Of a stretch of DNA of 43,040 nucleotides, positions 34,694 to 43,040 are shown one piece after another (the stretch's first letter is position 1; every line of letters starts with the position of its first letter). A program made the position numbers and the translations under genes. The notes below the pieces were generated by a model. It was not told the DNA's origin, made no database searches, and saw only the letters and a list, made by a program, of their open reading frames with translations. This stretch comes from Catajapyx aquilonaris (lineage: Eukaryota). The stretch is taken from contig JYFJ02003355.1 of assembly GCA_000934665.2 (NCBI GenBank), positions 1 through 43,040 of the forward strand. Reading direction: 5' to 3'.

Positions 34694-35941
34694 GATTAAG
34701 CATATGATTTTAGCAAAAGGTTGCGCATGTGGATGCTGGAACACCCTGACACAACATGCTGGTTGTCAGCATCCTCATCCCATGCCGTCCTCGATCCACC
34801 TGAGGCTCCGCGGTGCTGATGGCAGATGAGGTCATGGCAGAAGAGTCTTGCAGACCTTGTTACATAAATGCTGGAGCCTTCGCCACACGCAATATTGCAT
34901 GCTGCCAAACCCCCCAGCTGGCACTGACGATTGGGTCGTCTTCACCACGACTTTTGGTAATGAGAAGGACCTCCCTGGGTGCCTCTTACGTCACTACCCT
35001 ACCGTATGTCACGCGAAATAGCGTAATGTGGCGAATGTTTCGACAATTGTTTGTTTGCAAGTCAATTCTTGAGTGTTGGGATACTAATGAGGCAATTAAA
35101 CCTGTTCGCGGTGCGTAATTTCGCAAATCAAGCACGAGAGCAATGGGTCGGATTTCGCTCTCGTTCGCACGCACTTCTAAGTGCCTGGAAATGGGTCGGA
35201 GCGATTGTAAAATAGCGGTTATCTTTCATTCAGATGTTGCCAACCTTTCAATTTGCCCGAGCCGCTTTACCTTTTGCACCTTGTAAAATTTTAATGAGCG
35301 GATTATATGCAAAGATGTCAATAGGAACCGATTGAGCTTTACTTTCTCTTCAATATTGCCTCCAATTGGTTGTGTTTTTCACAAATATTCGGTATCAAGT
35401 CGTAAATTCACTGCCACAAATGGAGTGATATCAGAAATTGCATTGACATAAATGAAACAGTATAACTTGTTCTTGTTAGAAAGAGTTACAGCCATTTTGT
35501 GTGAGGCTAGGTCGGGTCACCTTCAGTGCGGTCATTACCCACTTATGGTCAACTAGACAAGGAACAATCGCAAGTAGTTTTTTTTTTGCTAAAATCATAC
35601 GCATGCAAGAGATTTCATCATTCATTACTGATACTGATATTCGTCACATGTCATGCACAAGTTATATTTCAATATTGAGTTGCGTGTTTTCAAGTGACCT
35701 TTTTTCCTCCTAAAGATGACGTACATTGCAGCAATATAACTAAAGTTGTGGTTGCATTAAAGCAAGGGTCGCGTGCATATTCATGAATTTCGAGGGAAGA
35801 GACTCGAGGCAATAATGAGGAAAACAGGTGATAAATAAATCACTAGGTATGGCTTTCTTTAAAAAAATAATACCTGTAATATATTAGCCGGACGGGCAGG
35901 CTGGGAAAAAGATTGTATTAAAAGCCATTAAAAATAGTATG

Positions 35942-36110
35942 AGAAAATAGAGGGTAAAAAGAGGCCCTTTTTACCCTCTATATTTTCTAAGGTAATACAT
36001 GCAAAATTTACCTTAGAATCAATTTACCCAAGAATATTTACCCTACAATGTAACGTAAAAAATGGCCACTTTCTTACCCTCTCTAGAGAAGGTAAATGGT
36101 TAAGAGTGTA
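35942..36110. mobile_element. MITE-like fragment with an internal hairpin and TTACC(C/T) subrepeats
   Basis: 15-bp perfect inverted repeat at 35947-35961 and 35967-35981, several TTACCCT-like copies, ending in TAAGAGTGTA. Confidence 0.45.
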
Positions 36111-39100
36111 CGGATAGGAATTGACGAGTACCCATATGACTATGCTGTATTTTTCTCCTCCTTTCATGCGCACAACAAGTTATGTGCTGTGCCTAGATAT
36201 CATTGGGGCCGCGAACTTGTATTACAAAATGCTGAATGCATGCCACTCTCGTACGTACTTTTTTTATTGTAATGTGAACAGGGCGCGTGTGCTGCTTGTG
36301 CTGCAATCTGTCCATCGCACGATAGTTCATTTTTCATTCAGCTCAGTATTTGGCACGATCTTCATTCAGTCAGGTTTGTTTTCACTTTCAAATTACAAAC
36401 TATTTTACATGCGGATGCTTTTTTGTTGCGAATTGACCAGGAGTTCAGGAGTCTGGTCAGAGAAAATATTCCTTTCAAGTTATGTGAACATGAAATTCGT
36501 GACTTTGGTTTTTTAGAAGCTTGTTTCAAGTAGTGTAACAGTGCAACGCTTTATTACAATAACATACAGAGGTTAAGGAAATTGAATTTATGTTTATATC
36601 ATTTACATGGCCTTGTAATTTTCTGAATTTGAAGTAGCGGCACTGTTTTTTTTCTTCTTTAAACTTAGCATATCTGATGAGGTAGGAATTGGTTCGCTGT
36701 GCCATTTGAGTTTCAAACCATGAAAATATACTCTGAATCTGGTGGCGTGCATGACCAAAGTGTACTCGTGGAAGAGCATTCCGTTAAGGTAAATCCTTGG
36801 TTAATTAATCATTCCTCCGAAATTTTTACTTGCGGTTTTACGGCTACGCGTTACGCGCACCATTGCTTTTTGGCACAAAAGCCTTGAAATGCGGGTAGCT
36901 ACTAATCTATGCGTGGAGAACGTCTGAAAAATCAAAGGACGCGTGCAGTCTGCTAGATGTACCGCATCACATGTAATGCATTCAACCTTAAAAGAGTACT
37001 GACGTAACAACGTTGATATTGTTGACATACTGTGATAGTAGGTTATTATACTAAGGACGCGAGTAGACTACAATGTAGGTCTGTTTTCAGTGTGTCACCT
37101 TAGGGTGTAACAGAGTGCATTGTGTGACTTCAAGGGTAAGAGCAAATATACTGATGTTAAGTAATTATGGCAATGGAAGTAACTCACCGTTAATACACCT
37201 ATCCAACAATGGTGGATGTTCATTGGTTATGATTTTCTAACCTTTTACACTGAATGCATTATCCAATGAACTTCCACCATTGTAGCAGCCATTGAAGCTG
37301 GCAATTTGCTTATACATTCATAGCACAGCAAGGTAATAACGACATAATGAGCCTAATCACATATTTGCTTGTCTATCCAAATGCTCATCGAGTGGGAAAG
37401 AAGGTCCTATGTATAGCTCCCCTTAATCACGAGACTATTCAAAACTTTTCACGGAGCAGTAATGCAAATGCCCGGGGAGAGACAGAAGCGCATGACTTTC
37501 CGTAATGAATATGCCGATCATGACCCACGAAGGCTCATTGTCTCCCCTTTACACATGTCTGCACTCATGTCCCACCTTCCGTGTGCAGCGAGAGGTTAAT
37601 TATTCCTGCAACAGTGAAAAGCCATTGACCAAAATGAGTCGGTTTATAGACATCAATCTCGACGCCTAATGTTTTCATCTTCTTCCCAAGGCTTACATTT
37701 TGTAATTAATAGACACGACTGAGGTCAACATGGTGTCGCGATTACTGCCATATCTAATTGAAATTGCGCCATTCTGGTCGTGTAACAATCACAAGAGGGG
37801 GGTCAGAGGCGAATGGCCTCTGATCTTAAGGTGTCCCTAAGCTTCTGCTAGCGGCGACCGTCTTGGAAATGGAAATACCTGTTTTTATTATTATTTATAA
37901 TGGTGGAGTCGAGGACGAGGCGGTGTCCACTCAGGCGTGGTGGTCACTGGCCCATGAACCAAATGCGAACTCTGGAGGGACTCCACCCGGAAGAAATCCC
38001 GGAAATTCTGTGGACAAAAGTGCGGATCGTGCGTCCTTGTGCTCCATCTGAAGCGGTATAAAAAGACATTTGGACGATAGGTTGAGGCTATTCAGAGCGG
38101 TTTTTTGGGTGGACGTGACGGATTTTTTAATGTTCCGTTGCTTCGTGAAGTAATCTGAACTTTGCAGCTTGGCCTAATCCTGTCGTGACCCCTTGGTGGT
38201 AACATGTTATTACGACTTAGATGTACTGTACTTCGCAATTTCGACCCTGTTACCTGCTTCATTTTTTGGAGGGGATGATGGTACCTGGTGAGCTCATAAG
38301 TATGGGCTGGTAGTATGCTGGTTGCAAAACAATAGTATGCGAAATAGAATATGATAATTTACACGCCCTTTGTAAGTTGACAAGTTGAAATCGAGTAAAA
38401 TAGCCACAGAGCCCTTTGGGGGTGTAGTAAATGGAATAGGTGACCTGTCTTCACTGATTACTGTTCGGTCGAAGCCGTCAGAAAGCGATTTTACGAAGGG
38501 AGGAGCAACATGAAACACTATTGGAATGTGCCCTCTTCCGCCTATCGGGTCATGCCCACATTTTTTTTCAGTTCCTTCCACCCTGCACAATTAAATTGCA
38601 CACGAGCTGCTCACTTTCTCCAGCTTAGATTTTTTTTTCCATGCTGCCCACCCAAACTCGTGATCTACCTGCCCTTGACATGCAAAGGTCGAATGTTAAG
38701 AACCCTGGAGACCACTTGTCACCAATAAAATACCCTAGATGTCACTCTGTTGTGACACAAGTCAACGGTCGTGACGCGACGTTAAAGTCGTCCTAGGTCG
38801 TGATCATGTAGGTGCAATTTCCGAGAAGGTAATTTCGGTCATTACGATGTCTGGCCTGAAAGAGAAAAGGGGTTCATCCGCCTTTAACGCCCCGACACAG
38901 AAAATCTTCGCTCGTCGTTAGCTGGACGATGAAACGACAGATTATGTGATGCAAGATGGTGAAAGGAAAACTCAATGACCCGTACAATGGCAGTGACAAA
39001 AAAAATGTGACCTATGGGGTTAAATGGGTGTGTTTCCAGATCGAAGTGCTTTCGGTCGAAATATATTGGGGCGACGGAATACACACTCTATGGCAGTGGC

Positions 39101-42100
39101 TGGGTTCCGCGGTTCTGCCCCATATTTGAATATGCCGTAAATAATGGCTGAAACTGCAGTTTGTTTAATATGATTGTGTGATCAACTTAGTAAAAGATAT
39201 AACAAGTAAAAACATTATTAGAAAATTGTTTTGCATATTAACAATTTCTAGTTAAATTTTCATTTGGTGTTGGGGTTAATAGTGCGACTCAAAAAGTTTG
39301 TGAACCGCTGCTGACAGGCGAAGAAGCTCGGCGGAAGGTATTTCGACCAGATCGGTCGACACCATTCCCACCGGTCCGAAATCGCATCGGCGTGAGGCAC
39401 GTACCGGCCACACCGCCTATTATCCGATACCCTATAGTGAATTACGAGTTACAAATAAACAGTCGACTGATTGATCCCGTAGTTCAATAAGATTCCCACG
39501 TTCGTTTTGTTGCCGCCCCCCCCCATCTCCTCAAACACCCTCTCATTCTTGTCGACATGACGCTATCATTCAAACGCACCAGGTCTCCGATCTGTTTCGC
39601 TCCCTTGAAAGGAAACTTGACAGACACCTTTGACTCTGTGGTCGACACAACAACAACAACAACAACAAAATTTCAGAGAAGATCATGCCCAACGGGTTTT
39701 TCTTCTTTTCTTTTCCACATTTTTCAGCTTAAAAAGAATGGGCTACTCAGCAAATATAAGCGTTTTCACTTTCAGCTGTGATTCTTGCACATTGTAAGCC
39801 ATTTATCCGGGAAGTCCATTTGCGAAATGACAGGATTTCCCGCTTCATCTGTCATATTGTTCGGTATCACGTTTTTCGTCTGGAGATGAAGACGAAGAGG
39901 GGGATTTCCAATCGTGAGTTATCCCCCGCTGATGCATGTACCGGTTTGGATCAGTTGCGTGGGTGCATGTTGAGGATCAAAAAAATTGAAGTACGGCAGG
40001 CAGAACAGGTACAGCTTGACGTGAGCTTCAAAACAATACTCAAAGTGCATATACCGGACCTCATTTGCTTACAGGCTACGAACCTGTCCTAAGTTGTGCC
40101 TTATTTTTTTAAAAAGGAAGAATGAAAAAAAAGGCGCGCTAACACGTACAATCTGTGGCAGCCAGGGGTATACCGGTACTCCTCCTACCTTGTGCTTACC
40201 ACCTTCCTCCTCCCAGCGGCCTCGACCAACGGAACTTGGACAGGGATGGAAATAACGTAAGTCACGAACTGTGTCAACGTGCAAGCACCCATGTAAAAAA
40301 TTAACAATTTTGGCCCACCAAATCCCAATTTTTCCCCACCAACTATTGCTACAATGAATTTTTTTTAAAATTGTTCTTTCCCATTTTTAAATATTGTTGC
40401 TAATATTGTTTGGACAGTTTCACCTTCCAGCAGTAGTCGGTGGTATTGTTATCTCCAGGCCCTCAGTCGGTAGTTGAGCAGACGACGGGCGCCCCACCCC
40501 CGGAGCCAACAAACCTACAGAGGCCCCTGGTGGCTTAAGTCCCAAGTTATCCGTCCCCTACTTTTCGGTCCGAATGTAGGTCTTTGGTATGATTGGGCAG
40601 TTTTATCCCGAACACCTCTGGGCTGCCACGCGACAACACTTCCCGCGCTCTAGCTCATTTTTCTCAGTGCCTTTTACGTGAAGGAACAGTCCCTGTGGCG
40701 GTGGGTATTATTTTGACAGGCGGGTGATTGTTGTGGATACTGATTGTTGTTGTTCTTGGCAGTGTCTTTCCGGGAAGAAGTGTGGTGCAAAGTGGCAACC
40801 ATGGTGGAGTAGTTTGTCAACCTCAGCTGGGACTTTAGTTCCGGACCGACGCGGACATGTGGTCCGTGGTGGACACCTTATCGGGTATGTACCGGGGTTG
40901 CTTTTAGTGAAGTTGAGTGCATTGTCGCCGTCTAGACTGGCGGGGGTTTAGTGCTGATCCGAGCGTTTGAGTCTCCTGTCACATTTTTCGTAATACCATG
41001 TATTGTTTGACATCGGAACTTTAGTACCGTGGGAGATCGGCCCACGGGGAAAATCTATCATAGTGACCTACATTTGACTTGTAATCACTTTCCAATGTTC
41101 CAAGAAAGTTACATCACATGTTGGCTAGTGCATTTCTGTAATATGACTTATTGAAGAAACCGGACTCCCGGAAGTTGGGTGGATAAACAACAGCGTTTGT
41201 CATACATAAGCCTAGTTGATACGAAATTAACGAGAAAATGATTACCATACTGATTGTTGGCCAGTACAACCCCAATGTTTGATCGCAATTATATGTCGGT
41301 GTATACAAACAGGAAAGACAGGTCCTTAATGCTAAGTCCCAGAATGCTGCAGGCGGTCGAAAAGCGTCCAAATGGATGACGTGTGTGAATGAGTCTCTTC
41401 CTAATTGATCACTTGTGGGCTGGGTTTGCATAGTAAAGGTGTAAAGGAGGGGGTGGAGTAGTATGTGGGGCTAGTGGGGGGGGACAGTGAACCACACTGA
41501 GGTGCATTCTAATGGAACCAGGGATGGAGGGTACTTATTTTGCATCAGCCTGATAGGCATCGGTTGCATTGGTAGCGGTAAAAGCAACTATGTATGTTCC
41601 GGGTGTGTGACGTAGGCTGCGTAATAGCGCCGTGCTATAAACGGGGTAGTGAAATCGTGACCTGTCTTCATACCACCTTCCTTCAGTACCCTGTGGGTAC
41701 TCTCGTTATCGTCCATTTGCACTTGCTGATCGAGCACGCTTTCACATGGTGTACTATGTGTGCAAATATGTTCAGGATGAGAAATTTGAGGTTTCCGTAT
41801 TTAATGTGCCTAATGATGCACCGTCTTGAGAGAAGGCAAACAACATATTCCTGGGTGCATTAGTCGGTTGTCAGGTGTTGCTTCTGGCGTGGCCAAATAT
41901 GTTGGGAGCATAACTTATTTCATCACCGTCAGAAATATAAGGAACGGCTTTAGTTGTATTCGTCGACCTCGTGGGCGGCAAGTGTTTTTACATGTCCTTG
42001 CTGTTTTAAGATGCAGCTGCAAGACCCCATAATTCATGCGCAATAGTAACTGGTCTTTAAACAAAAGGAACTATGCAGCGAGAAGTGGTGTACCACGTAC

Positions 42101-43040
42101 AATTGCAGGGGTTGACACATTTATGTTGACTGGGCGTATCCACAGTGACAATAATGAAGTGGGTATGAAATTGTCACCAGTTAAATAATTGTCCGATTGT
42201 AAAAGAAACTTAGGGGGAGTTTTGTAATTATTTGGATAAATTGCTGACATTTTTGTTTCGAGAATTGACAAATAAATGTGACATATGCATATATGGAATA
42301 TCGAATATGCGCTGTTTTATCGATGTTCAAAATATCGCAGTGGAATTATAGGCATACCTGTAGAAATGTGTGGGATTTTTCCAACTCGAATATTATTATT
42401 TTAGCGATTTTACTTCTAATTTAATATTTAAATATCTTGGAGAATTGCTTTATTGTTGTTAAAACTAACTCGTTAATTCGATCACAAGCACCTCTTTTCA
42501 CATAGTTTTTTTGTCACATTTTATTTTGCTGTCCTGTTTGTTCTAACTTCCAGGAGTATACAAGAAGTAGTAGTTGTATACTGTAGGTACTAATTAGGGC
42601 AGTGCGGTGGTTGCGCGCGTGTGTGCATAGACATGACAGGTGCAATACAGAAGCGTGAGAATATCCGTGGCCAATATCAGGCGATTACAGTTATGAAAAA
42701 GATAATGGCTGGTACTGATGGCGACTTGTAGTATTATAAGTGACCTTATATGCACACTACCTCTATTATAAGGCCTTTTATTCACTTCGTACGAGGTTCT
42801 TTAATTTACATATTGATATTTAATTTCATTACCTTGTAACAAAGCACAGTTGTCACTGTAATTTACATGGTTAAAATGATTTTGTGTTTAATTTCTCGCT
42901 TATATTTACTTGCATACATAGCGAATGTGCAACGCAGTTTATACATGTGATGACATTCAATGAGTAGGTCTATTATTGGGTTGTTGGGTAGATATTATAC
43001 TTTCATATTTAATGTGCCGCAAACAGCACCTGTATAAAGC

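Noticed and set aside
34696..34908. HVVSGC motif reminiscent of a non-LTR retrotransposon C-terminal zinc knuckle
   Set aside because: A six-residue resemblance with no RT or endonuclease context is too weak to call.

Overview
Eukaryotic, intron-rich genomic DNA, most likely from an arthropod. That assignment is an inference from the Spn88Ea/serpin-6-type serpin and the short introns, mostly 60-120 nt. I assembled two minus-strand genes by hand from GT-AG boundaries. (1) A complete short-form MRP/ABCC4-type ABC exporter with no TMD0, 25 coding exons per isoform and about 1460 aa. Its stop is at 1451 and it has two alternative first coding exons, at 9368-9462 and 13904-13977. (2) A secreted inhibitory serpin with 6 coding exons and 422 aa (18175-19882). 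The main discovery is in the ABCC4 gene: two back-to-back pairs of duplicated, same-length, same-phase exons (80+80 nt and 151+151 nt) that look mutually exclusive and recode ICL3 and TM9-TM10 of TMD2. They sit in enlarged introns rich in UGCAUG motifs, and a possible decayed third duplicate follows them. The protein also has a roughly 100-aa mucin-like extracellular loop and a C-terminal FENPAY plus PDZ-ligand tail. From about 20 kb to the end I found no supportable gene, only MITE-like and palindromic repeats and decayed sequence. Exon structures and homology calls were made by eye and from memory, and no searches were run.
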